Shown here in pieces: positions 1 through 10,164 of a stretch of DNA of 64,000 bases. The notes below the pieces were generated by a model. It was not told the DNA's origin and searched no databases. It was given only the letters and a program-made list of their open reading frames with translations. Location of the stretch: the NCBI RefSeq assembly GCF_009834535.1, contig NC_045708.1, forward strand, positions 51,584,001 through 51,648,000, read 5' to 3'. This DNA comes from Camelus ferus (Eukaryota). Within the stretch, counting starts at the first letter, position 1, and every line of letters starts with the position of its first letter. The translations under genes were made by a program, and so were the position numbers.

Positions 1-60
1 AACACACAAATTAATGTTCCCCCAAACCTGCATTTGGAAACATGGGACATTTTGGTGCAG

Positions 61-170
61 AGGCAGCGTTGTGCGGTGGTTAAGTGTCAGGGTTTGCAGA
101 CAAGTCAGCCTGAGTTGTGTTCTGATCCTCACTGATTATTAGCTCTGTGTTGTGTCACAGTCACTTATTC
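61..170 (+). mobile_element. MIR SINE, 5' part (the rest resumes after the ERV at 6139)
   Basis: aggcagcgttgtgcggtggttaag...gtcacttattc resembles the MIR 5' half and stops where the core (ctgagcctcagtttcctcatctgtaaa) should begin. Boundaries approximate. Confidence 0.6.
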
Positions 171-172
171 TT

Positions 173-722
173 TGTGTTGGGTCTAGTTTATTTGACTGGC
201 ACTCCACATTTATTCCCACTTCCTATTACATGCCTCCCTTCACAGGAGGCTGGAAGGCTGAAAACTACATTTCCCGGATTCCCTTGCAGCCAGAATCTGG
301 TGACAAATTAGGTTCACCCCTTGGATGGCCCTTACCAAAGTTTTGAAAGGGAGAGGAGAGACCATGCAGACCACATTCCCATTACACTTAGTTTACTCTG
401 CTGCTTGAAAATATCATAGGAATGAGGGCATTTTCTGCAGCAGTACACTCGTGCCTAGCTTTGTATCAAGAGAGGATCGTGTTGGCTTCAGGGGCCTGCT
501 GGTCCTTTCTTCCAGTTCCATGGCTTGCAGCTCCAGCTGTCTGTTCTTACATTTAATAGTTTAGCAGAGACCTCCTGATCCCCCATTTTTCTCCTGGGAA
601 ATCAGTCCTGTCTTGTTATGTTTGTTGGACATTGTTCCCAGAGACCCTGCATAGAGCCCAGTTTTCCCACTTTTCCGTAATTTTTGTAAGTACCTAAATC
701 TGTATGTTAACCATATTTTTTA
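173..722 (+). mobile_element. Old ERVL-type solo LTR (LTR33/LTR41-like)
   Basis: Starts with TG and contains ggctggaaggctgaaaactacatttcccggattcccttgcagc, typical of this LTR group as I recall it. 3' end and TSD unresolved. Confidence 0.5.
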
Positions 723-736
723 AACTGCTTTAAGCC

Positions 737-1130
737 TGTTAAAAAGAAATAACACACCCAAAATGGAGTAGTTTTTCCCCTTATGACAGCAAACTAAGAC
801 TTAATTGCAGTTCCAGCCTCTCCCAGAAATGTGATTCTTAACACAAACAACCTGAAATTTTCTGATCCGCACTAGTGAAGTAATCTGCATGATGGAGACA
901 CCTACAGTCCCCTTCCCCTCAAAGAAGACGGCCTGGCTTGGAACAATAATTTCTTTTCTTTTCTAGTACTTTCTTGCCCCATCCTCCTTCTGCCTAGAAA
1001 AACCTTTCGTAAGTACAACCCTCAGAGTGCCCTTCTGTTTACTAGATAGGATGCTGCCTGATTCATGAATCATTGAATAAAATCAATTAGATCTTCAAAA
1101 TTACTCAGCTGAATTTTATTTTTTTAAAAA
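737..1130 (+). mobile_element. 5' LTR of the provirus
   Basis: tgttaaaaagaaataa... aligns with 5745-6138. Shared block ggatgctgcc(t/g)gattcatgaatcattgaataaa contains AATAAA. Terminal CA is mutated. Confidence 0.9.
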
Positions 1131-1131
1131 T

Positions 1132-1149
1132 TGGTGGCAGCAATGGAAT
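1132..1149 (+). other. Primer-binding site, tRNA-Leu type
   Basis: TGGTGGCAGCAATGGAAT versus TGGTGGCAGCGGTGGGAT, the complement of the tRNA-Leu(AAG/TAG) 3' end as recalled: 15/18 identical, directly after the 5' LTR. Confidence 0.8.
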
Positions 1150-2459
1150 CTGAAGTGAACTTCCTATGGCGTTTGGGGAAAATGAGAAACAGAGATGAGC
1201 CCTTTTGAGTTCACTGCATTTCTTGCCATTCCCAGGAGCCACTGGTGTGTTCCTCTTTGCTCTCAGTTTGAGCTCCCCTCTCTCTGTGTTCAACCTCCTG
1301 ATATAATTGGCTTTCCTTTATAGGGCAGATTAGCTTGAGCTGGTAGAGAATTCTGCCTGGAGCCCAACTACGCTGGCAAACACTTTTGCCTGAAGCCAAG
1401 CATTTTAGATCACAATTCCTTGGATGAAAAATCTCAGCCCTTAATTCTGTCCCCTGACTCTGCATTGGGAACTGCTGAAGTTTCCCATTTATTTGGAATA
1501 CTTCCCCAGACTCCACCCTGCGAACTACTGGTGGGAGCTTTGCTGATTCTGTTAATGTGCACATGAGGTAAAGGCCATTGCTTGTGGGAATCCTGGAAGC
1601 CAAAAAACCCCACAGAAATGGGTGGGTGTGAGTCAAACGTTGTTAGAGTGCTTGTCGTCTCGGGAGGACTTCTGTGATAGGAGGAGTTAGTCACAGAATG
1701 GGTTAGATTGACACTCGATCACTCACCAACTTCAAGCAAACTTCTGTGCAGAAAGGTACACTGTAAAACATCCCATAATTCCAAGCCTCATGGAATATCC
1801 CTTCTAGGTATTTGGCTTCAAGAGAACCAAAGGCCTAGGTAAAAGAAATGGGATCCTTTATATCCAAAGAGTTAAGTGCACCACCATCCAACATACCTGC
1901 TTACTTCATGCTTGACAACGATAGGACGTTGCAGGTATATAATAAGATGGTAATATTTTACTAAAAATAACCTAGAGTTACAATGGTCATTGTGGGGAAC
2001 ATTCTAATTAGACCGGATCACTCACTGAAGAAATGCAGTTAAGAGAAAGAGATCCCAAATTGGACAGATAGAATGGGATACTTTCTTTAATTGGTAAGCA
2101 GAATCTTCTAAAAGGCTTCAAGTTTCCAAAAATAGCTTCATTAAAAGACTCACTACAAAAGGCTAATGAAAAATTAAAGACATCGGAGGTACCTAAAACA
2201 AAAGATGACGGGACTAATATGACTACTCATGTGACTTCTGCTGGCTCCTCTGTCTTTTTTCACCTGAGTACTCATGATCCATTCCTAAAATCTCCCCTGC
2301 CCACACTGACTGGGCTGTTATTTAATCATGCAGACAAAAGAAAGGTGGATCTGTGGCAGACTTTAAAAGCCCATTTAGAAGCTCTCTTTTTAAGGCATTT
2401 GGAGTTCCATGCAGCCACTCAGGTTACCCAGACGGCTGTAGCTGCCCCTTCTGTAAATG

Positions 2460-3054
2460 TGACATAGGAGGAAAGGGGGCAGGGCACTCCCGTTAAAGGA
2501 ATGACGCAGAACTGAGGACAGGACAAACGGGTTAGAACCGAGATGGCGGAAGACCCGACCTCCCGTAGACCTTGAGCGTCATGGCACACGCACAGGCGGC
2601 ATGGGGTTCCTAGGCTGACCATAAAAGGTCAAAAAGTAGGCGGGGGGGGGGGTGTTTCCTGGAAATCCTGGCCTGTTCTTCAAAGTGGTTGGACTAATCC
2701 TCCTGCTCATTAGCATATAAAATTACCAAGCCCATAAAACCTAGCAACTCTGTACCTCGTGGTCACTCTCTCTTGCCTTCTGAGATGACCGCACTCTGTC
2801 TGTAGAGTGTGTATCTGCTTTTACTTTAAACTAAATAACCCCACACCTCTCCGTCTCTCTCCTCTCACCTTTCTGAGATGGCCCACCTTCTGCCTATGGA
2901 GTGTGTATCTCCTAGGCCGTTTTCCCTTCTGAGAGAGACAGACCGCACTCTGCCTATGGAGCGTGTATCTCTCTAAATAAATTTGCTTTCATTTTGCTGT
3001 GCCTTGCTCTTGAATTCTTTCCTGCACGAGGCAAGAACCTATTCTCCTACAACA
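2460..3054 (+). mobile_element. MER41-like ERV1 solo LTR inserted into gag
   Basis: TG...CA ends, TSD AATG (2456-2459 and 3055-3058). MER41-type motifs ttagcatataa, ctctgcctatggag, aataaatttgctttca, gaattctttcctgcacgagg. 11 CpGs in the first ~200 bp. Confidence 0.88.
2656..2664. promoter_or_regulatory. GAS/STAT motif TTCCTGGAA in the MER41-like LTR
   Basis: Exact TTC-N3-GAA match at the homologous position to 8155-8163. Binding is not demonstrated. Confidence 0.5.
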
Positions 3055-3214
3055 AATGGATCATCTCGTGAGATTAGTGGATTGATAAAAAGGCAGAAAG
3101 TAGGATGGGGGCCACCCACCTGGCTGAACTTGTGACTACAGCTGAGCATTTTGAAAGGATTCTGGAGCAAGATTTCAAACAGAAATCTGCCGGGCTGTAG
3201 CTTTATGTGATGTT

Positions 3215-3380
3215 TTCTGGGACCACAGTCAAAAATGGGCAACAAATAAAAGATATTCTCAATGCTATTCTCTTACTTTCTGAAAAGTAATCTGATGACA
3301 AAATTGAGGCTCGCACTAAATGGACTGAACCTGAGTGTCAGGGAAATGCCCTAGCTGACTTTCATACAAAGGCAGCAGCA
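3215..3380 (+). pseudogene. ERV pol remnant: RNase H C-terminal part
   Basis: GTTVKNGQQIKDILNAILL...EPECQGNALADFHTKAAA matches the G-N-x-x-A-D motif. Frameshifted. Confidence 0.8.
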
Positions 3381-3689
3381 ACAGAATCCCTTAGGATTGT
3401 GGCTCAAATGTAGGGGAAATCTGTTCTCCTTCTGCAAAAAATGACCACTTATTGTCTGACTTTTGCCATCCTGATGTTCTTGTAACATGGCAACAATTTG
3501 CTCCTGAATCAGAGGAATTAAGATGGGTAGATATATCTGGAAATTAATCAATGGTCAGGACTATGGGAACCCCAAGACAGCTGCTTGGTTCTTTCTGGCT
3601 CCTTGGAAAACCCCATCTTATGATTTTTTAATTCCTTTACCCACCATAGTATATTTTAAGAAAAACTATTTTTGTCCTGGAAGGCCTCA

Positions 3690-4025
3690 GACCACCTCTT
3701 TTTGGACTCTTTGAACACCTACAGCTGGACTTTATTCAACTTCCACTTAGTATGGGTCATCAATATGTTCTCGTTAGTGTGTGTGTGTTTTCCAGATGGG
3801 TTGAAGTTTTCCTATGCTGCAAGGGCAGTAACCTCACAGTGCCAAAGAAACTGTTAGAAAAGGTTCTTCCCACTTGGGATATACCTTTCACAGTCTCCAG
3901 TGATCACGGCACCCACTTCATTGGGCAACTGAAGGAGCCTTAGTGAAAATCTTGCAAGCTTTCTTGAATTATCACTGTTCCTATTGCCCTCAGTCATCAG
4001 GCAAGGTCAAAAGAACTAATGGAAA
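3690..4025 (+). pseudogene. ERV pol remnant: integrase catalytic core
   Basis: FEHLQLDFIQLP-MGHQYVLVSVCVFSRWVEVF...SSDHGTHFIG...PQSSGKVKRTNG. Both catalytic Asp residues are retained; the catalytic Glu reads as Lys. Confidence 0.9.
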
Positions 4026-4544
4026 AACTGGACTGAAACAGAACAAGAATTAATAACATGGGACTAAATGAAATGAGGATGATTATCATTTTTATGACTT
4101 TGTGTTTAAAATATTACAGGTTCTTAATTTTTTTCCAGATTTAATGAAATCTTTTCTCTTAAGCTATCAACAATTTGGTAAGATACACCTTTGTGAAAAG
4201 AAGTAAAACGTTTACTTTTTCTTCCTACCTGGTTCCTCCAGAATTCAGAAACTCTCAATGAGTATTCTTATTTTCATACTACTTGCCAAAAAAATTAGCT
4301 TTACTGTGTTTGTCCCTGGTAAAAACTGAAGGTAATTGTAGAGGAAAAAATTATGTTTACACCTTTGTAGATATTAGATTTAGTCCTGTTAATAGTCTTT
4401 AAGGTCTTGTTATATACCTGTAAAGTGGACTGAATTCTGAATTCTTCTAGTTTCCTCAAACATCTGGCTATGACTCACCAAACAAATGTTTCCAATTTTC
4501 TCCCACCCTTCTGATTTGGACTCACTAAGAACTAAGACACCCCT

Positions 4545-4670
4545 GGAACTCTGGTGAAAGGGACATTACCAAGTGCCCTTGACTGCTGACACTGCTGCAA
4601 AACTAGAAAGCACTGAGACTTGAGTGTACATTTTATAGCTAAAGAAGACCCCACCTGACTAACCTGGTCC
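4545..4670 (+). pseudogene. ERV integrase C-terminal (GPY/F-like) remnant
   Basis: WKGHYQVPLTADTAAKLE...LKKTPP resembles WKGPYQVLLTT-TAAKL. About 500 bp of non-coding sequence separates it from the core. Confidence 0.7.
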
Positions 4671-4783
4671 CTTAGGAATTCTGAAGACCTCGAATCAAAT
4701 TGATGAGAAAGAGAAGTAGTTGACATTGAGGTAGACTTCTTCTGTCCAAGATGACAGATCAAGACTGCATACTTTTACTAAAC

Positions 4784-5460
4784 ATGAAACCCTTTCCCCT
4801 TTTCTTTCTTTCCTTGACTCTGGCATTGGCCTGGAAAGATAATGTCCTCTCGTCACCCTCACATTCCCATGGCCAGATAGGCCAGATTTGCCCCCATTCA
4901 CTAAGAGATTTCACCAGCAGCACTCATCTTTGCAAGGCATTTAGAATGACTATTGCAAGCAAGGAGATTATCTTCCCACTTGTGCTAAAAACCTGATCCC
5001 TGGATTAAATGGGGAAACACAGAAACCCCTGTAAGTCTATTCCCTGGTTAGGAATAAATACAAATAAGAATCTGATCAGAAATCTCTCCTTAACTCTTGG
5101 AGACATTGCAGATTCTGTTGCTAAGATATTTGCTGCACCCCTCCCCACCCAAAATTCAGACTCTCTGGTCAGAGATGTTCTTGATATTAGGATAGCCCTT
5201 GATTATCTTTTAGGTGAGCAAGCAGGTCTTTGCTGTGGCCAACACCGTGTACTGTATCTGGATTGAGAATTCTGGGAAAGTTGAAACTCAATTACGTAAG
5301 AGCATTGAGTAAGACATTTGGCTTAAAAGGGTGACTCCTTCAACAGGGTCTTTCTAAACTTGGTTTGAGTCTTGGGGACTGTGGCTCCAAAGTACACTTC
5401 AAACATTGGGAATTGTCCTGAGTGTAATCTCCCTGGCACATTGTATTATATCAAAAGCTA
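4784..5460 (+). pseudogene. ERV env remnant: signal peptide plus TM, most of SU missing
   Basis: MKPFPLFFLSLTLALAWKDN, then SIPWLGINTNKNLIRNLSLTLGDIA, the immunosuppressive-domain motif DIRIALDYLLGEQAGLC, a frameshifted CX6CC region and ENSGKVETQL. Confidence 0.88.
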
Positions 5461-5732
5461 TAAAGGCCTGTTTGTAGCTGCTGACCACCCGATAAAGGAT
5501 CTCCATAAAACTAGAATGTCAGGAAAAAAGCAAAAAGAGTGACTGACTTAAAGCTTGTGAACCTGAAGCCCTGACCTGTGAATGTCACAGGGATTAAGCA
5601 AGAACATCATGACCCAGCGATACCACACAAAGGATCAGAAAAGCCTATGGAACTGCAGAGCTGTAGCTGAGAATAGCGGTAATGCCTTAAATTTTGATCA
5701 CCATGGGTCTTGGTTAGGCTGAGAGCTTGATC

Positions 5733-5744
5733 AAAGGAAGGAAT
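5733..5744 (+). other. Polypurine tract
   Basis: aaaggaaggaat immediately before the TG of the 3' LTR. Confidence 0.8.
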
Positions 5745-6138
5745 TGTGTGAAAGAAATAACAAGCCCCAAATGGAGCCATCTGCCCTCTAGGACCGCAAA
5801 ACATGACTTAATTTCAGTTTCAACCCTTCCCAGAAATGTGACCTTTAAAACAGTTACTCTGAAATTTTCTGATCAGCAATAATGAGATAATCTGCATATT
5901 AAAGACCCCTGCCATTCCCTTCCCTGCAAAAAAGATGGCCTGGCCTGAAACAATTCTTTCTTTTTATTTGCTAATATCTCCTCACTCCACCTCCTTCTAC
6001 TTATAAAAACCTTGCATCTTGTACAACCCATTGGAGTGCCCTGCTGCACACTAGACAGGATGCTGCCGGATTCATGAATCATTGAATAAAGTCAGACAGA
6101 TCTTCAAATTTACGCTGTTGAATTTTGTTTTTTCCACA
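5745..6138 (+). mobile_element. 3' LTR of the provirus
   Basis: tgtgtgaaagaaataa...ttttccaca, 394 bp like the 5' LTR, roughly 75-80% identical by eye. TATA-like ttataaaaa and AATAAA present. Confidence 0.9.
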
Positions 6139-6270
6139 AGCCTTAGCTTCCTCATCTGTAAATGGAGGCAAATTGGATGTTTACTTAATAAGAGTGTTAT
6201 GAGAATAAAGTCAGATGATTTATGCAGATATTTAACCCAAGGCCAGACACACAGTAAGCACCCAGTGTAT
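6139..6270 (+). mobile_element. MIR SINE, 3' part
   Basis: agccttagcttcctcatctgtaaatgg...ggccagacacacagtaagcac is the MIR core and 3' end, continuing 61-170. Confidence 0.8.
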
Positions 6271-7857
6271 ATTGGATATCGCTATTTGAAATATCAATTT
6301 AAGGCTGCTCTTCCCAATGATGTGCTCTTGTTAACCTTGGACACTCACTTAACAATGGTGATAGGCACAACTGAGAAAGATAAATTGAATAGGCACACTT
6401 AAGATAAAAGAAAACACTTCTAGGACTTCCTGATTGTAATAAAAAAACAAGGCTGTAAAACACGCATTTTCTATAAAGAGAGATATGAGTGAGAGAATTG
6501 TCTGGAAAGAGAAACACCAAGGAAAAAGAGGAGATGTGTCCCTGGCCAACAAAGAAAACGTTAGAAGGATGCTATTAAAAATAAGGGAGCAACTGAAAGT
6601 GAATGGAGTGGAGGTATCTCTGAGGCCAACTGAAACCAGCAGAAATAAGAATTATGAGGATATTTATATTACAGTTCTTAATCATTTTCACCATCTTTTA
6701 GATGTGCTTTAAATCAGGATTGCTCCCCCACCTTTGCCAGGTTCAGTCTATCAATCCTGCCATAAGTTTTAGTATCTCTCTTATGCAAATTGGAGGTCAC
6801 ATCATGGGAGTAAAATAAGAAGAGGCTCTACAAAGAGACGTTAATAGAAGCTATTGATCTGCTCGTTACTTGGCCTCTGGTTTCTGGACTTCATTAGCAG
6901 GAAAGGGCTTAACTGAAAAGCCTGATTAGCATTGGAAAGGTGCACTGGCATGAGAAATGCATGAAGGTAAAATCAGGTACCAGAATTCTTTAGACATGTA
7001 TGAAATATTCCCTGTGCTCCTGAAAAAGCAGAGGAAATTACTCTCTAAAAGCAGCTCTCATTTCACATTCTGGTTCCCCCAGCAAAGATGTTATTATAAA
7101 TTCAGATCTAGACACAACTTTGAAAAGGAACCCATCTTTTCCTGTTCACCCCTTCAAACCTTAGAAATTACAAAATGAATATATTGAATTTCTGACCTGA
7201 TCAAAAGTAGATTCCAAATTTCTTGATGACCCAATCAAGTAAGTTTTCTACTATATTATACTTTGTTACTTCCAATTCATATCATTTATGCCCTGAAGTG
7301 ATTTTTTTTTTTTCTGAGTTATCTGGAAGGGCTGAGCACAGACCCTAAATTAATTGTTTTATCTTAGCATTGCATTTCATTATATACTGGGGAGGTCTAG
7401 TTTCAGAGAGATTCACAAATCTTTGTATAAATGTCATTCTCAACATTTAACTTTATTGTACAGAGTCTAGATCAACTTTTAGATAAATTAATAAGGCTTC
7501 TCATGAGTGTGACAGTCACCATGGAAATTAGAGTTTGAGAAATATAATTTACAAAGTTGAAACGAGAGACCTCAACTTGACCTCCACTTATAGATACATT
7601 GGGCTCTGGAAAAGAAATTCTCATTAAAAAAAAAAAAAAAAGAAGAAGAAAACTATGAGGAAGATGGGAAGATAGAGAGTACTATTTTTCTTATCAAGTC
7701 AAAAATGTTTATGTTTTTGGGAGAATAAATTAGCATTTCATTGTGATGGAGAAAATACATAATTCATGTCTAAACAATCCAGTTGAACTCATTAGGAGAA
7801 ATCCTCAAGAACGTATAATTTTTCTCATGATCTTGTCAAAAATTCTATAAGTGATAT

Positions 7858-8403
7858 CGTTGCAGGAAAATGGGCGCAAGAGACTGGTCATGTCCCTGGT
7901 CTCAGGCGAGTCCCAGGGATGTGCTGCCAAGTGAGAGTCCTTGGCATCCAGCAGGAAAGAATTCAAAAGGGAGCCCTAGTAAAGTGGAAGGGAGTTTACT
8001 TAGAGAGATGCACATCCCATAGGCAGAATGTGGTCAGTCTCAGAAGGGAGAGTGGCCCTGGGGTACGGGGGTAGTTAGTTCTTTTGGTCTGGTTGATTTC
8101 TTATGCTAACAAGTGGAAAGATTATTCCAACTATTTTGGGGAAGGGGTGGGGGTTTCCAGGAATTGGGCCACAGTCTACATTTTTGCCTTTTATGGTTGG
8201 CCTTGGAACTGGCATGGCACCCATGGTGTGTCATTTAGCTTGCTGATGTATTACAATGAGTGTATAATGAGGCTTAAGTCTACTGGAAGTCGAGTCTTCC
8301 ACCTAGTTGGAGGCTTAGTTGGCTCTAACCAGTATTTATCCTGTCTTCAATGTCTGTGTCATTCTTTATATGGTTGTACCTTGCCCTCTTCCCTTCTGTC
8401 TCA
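7858..8403 (-). mobile_element. MER41-like ERV1 solo LTR
   Basis: TSD ATAT (7854-7857 and 8404-8407). The reverse complement is collinear with 2460-3054 (ccataaaagg, ttcctggaaa, ttagcata, ttctgcctatgg, gaattctttcctgc). Confidence 0.88.
8155..8163. promoter_or_regulatory. GAS/STAT motif TTCCAGGAA in the second MER41-like LTR
   Basis: Exact TTC-N3-GAA match at the position homologous to 2656-2664. Confidence 0.5.
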
Positions 8404-8741
8404 ATATCTGAAAAACATTTCACTCTCAGGGCTTTAGGTTTCCTTGTCAGTAAAATTATGGCTCTGGTTTTCAAAATTGGTTCCACAGAGCCTCAGACCT
8501 CCTCTTGAAGGTCTGTGAGTACAAGGAGTGAGCCACATGGGTGAGACGTCAAGGAAAACAGAGCAGCTATGCTTTTGTCTCTCTTAGGAATTTCACTAGT
8601 GGTTTTGTTTAAAGATAAGGGATCATTACTAAAACAAAGTAAACCCTGATTATTTGAGTGCATTTCTAGCTCTAAAACTCTAAGATTCCAAATGGCAAAC
8701 TTAATTATCAGATCTTGCTTTCAGTAATTGGATCAAGACAA

Positions 8742-9219
8742 TGTAGGGGAGGCCAAAAAGTGTTTTTCTCTACCTGTTTAAATTCTCAGTTGGGTTCCTT
8801 GTAACAAAAGACAAGCATGTAAATGTATTTAATATAAGTTTTATGTGACATAGCCTTTATTTAAAAAAACAAAGATCCAGAGAAATGGTTACATTTGAGT
8901 GTTTTCATGGTAGGTTTGGTGAAGATTGGAAAGTCCTGGAAAGATGTGATAGGAAGGACAAAGGTGAGCTAAGTGTAGTAAACTGGGGGAAATTTAGCAA
9001 GGCCTGTTTGTTCTCTCAGTTCCTTCATCTTCAAAGATAAAAATGTGCCTTTTTTCTGGGCATTAGGGACAGCATTTCTTATATGAGAGTTTTATGACCT
9101 TCTTCAGGGGAAAGTCAGAAAGTCCCTTCTGCATATGCCATTTCTCAAATTCCTTCAGCTTGAAGTAGTCAATATGCCAAAGTGTCATATTTTGGAGTAG
9201 CTTATCCTGAACCCCATCA
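8742..9219 (-). mobile_element. ERV1 solo LTR, MER34/MER39-like
   Basis: The reverse complement starts tgatggggttcaggataagctactccaaaatatgacactttggcatattgactacttcaagctgaagg. TG...CA ends; no clean TSD. Confidence 0.7.
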
Positions 9220-9221
9220 AA

Positions 9222-9854
9222 TGTCAGAGAAATTTGCGTCAGAAATAGAAATTTTAAAATCATTGAACATGAAACCAAGGGCTAACCTGGTTAAGTCTAC
9301 CAAACATAATCAGCCTAACTTGCTTTTAGTCGCTTACTTTTTGTTGATTTTAAACCAAATTACCACTAGCTTCCTTATAGCTAACACCTCTGATGAATGG
9401 GTCACTCTAGTAATGGTTGCTTAAGTTGCTTTTTAGGGGCTAGTTCTTGCCTAGTTCAGACTAGTTGAGACCACTGACCATTCAACTGAGCCTGCGTGAG
9501 TGTCCTATGGATGACCTTTTGACATCAGAGTACCGAAAACTCCACCCTCAGAGCATGCCAACATCACCGTTTTCTGAACATGCATCCTAGTAAGAGCCAT
9601 GAAGCTTGACTATGCTTGCACAGACCCTCGATTACCTCTCTCATTACCCATCACCTTTCCCCACACCTCAGACCACCCTTCCTCTTTAACCATAAGCAAC
9701 CCTAACATTTATCTTTGGGGAGGCAAATCTGAGATTTGCTTTCCTGTGTCCTCGCTTGGTTGTCTTGTGACCAAACCTTTTATTCTGTTGTAAACCTCGG
9801 AGTTTCAGTGTTTGCCTTGCTATGCATCAGGCAAATGAACCTTGCTGTGCAGCA
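9222..9854 (+). mobile_element. Old solo LTR, family not assigned
   Basis: LTR-like R/U5 end (gagatttgctttcctgtgtcctcgcttggttgtcttgtgaccaaacctttta...caggcaaatgaacc). Boundaries approximate. Confidence 0.6.
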
Positions 9855-10164
9855 GAAGCTATAGAGGAAGGTACATATTTTTCCCTATGAGAAAATGTCT
9901 TCGTTAGGTCTCATAGTGTGTCTGTCTTGTCTTGAGTTCACTCCAGTGTGAGGTATAAATCCTGGTAGAGTGAGCAAACAGTAGCCATTGCACAAGTCCT
10001 CAGCATGTCATCCTTATTCAGTCAACAAAAATTTCCTGGAGTCTTACCAGGAAATCTTACAATTCCAGGCTCCAGGAACAAAAAGCTTATTGTAGTCACA
10101 TTCATTTCCCCATTCATGGGGAAGGCAGACACTAAACAAATCTATACCCAACAAATACTTTCAC

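Larger units (their letters stand above)
1848..3190 (+). pseudogene. ERV gag remnant, interrupted by a solo LTR
   Basis: Matrix-like MGSFISKELSAPPSNIPAYFM...TKNNLELQWSLWGTF from ATG 1848. Major-homology-region-like DWAVI*SCRQKKGGSVADFKS at about 2308-2380. Capsid C-terminal-like LAELVTTAEHFERILEQ after 3058. Stops and frameshifts present. Confidence 0.75.
737..6138 (+). mobile_element. Decayed, internally deleted class I (ERV1, MER4-group-like) provirus
   Basis: Two homologous 394-bp LTRs, 4-bp TSD AGCC (733-736 and 6139-6142), PBS, PPT, and gag, RNase H, integrase and env remnants in the expected order. Confidence 0.92.

Noticed and set aside
1211-1694. 141-aa and 86-aa minus-strand ORFs
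   Set aside because: Antisense to the ERV leader, with no recognisable protein features.
4751-5460. env as a syncytin-like captured gene
   Set aside because: Most of SU and the furin site are missing, the CX6CC region is frameshifted, and stops follow the immunosuppressive domain.
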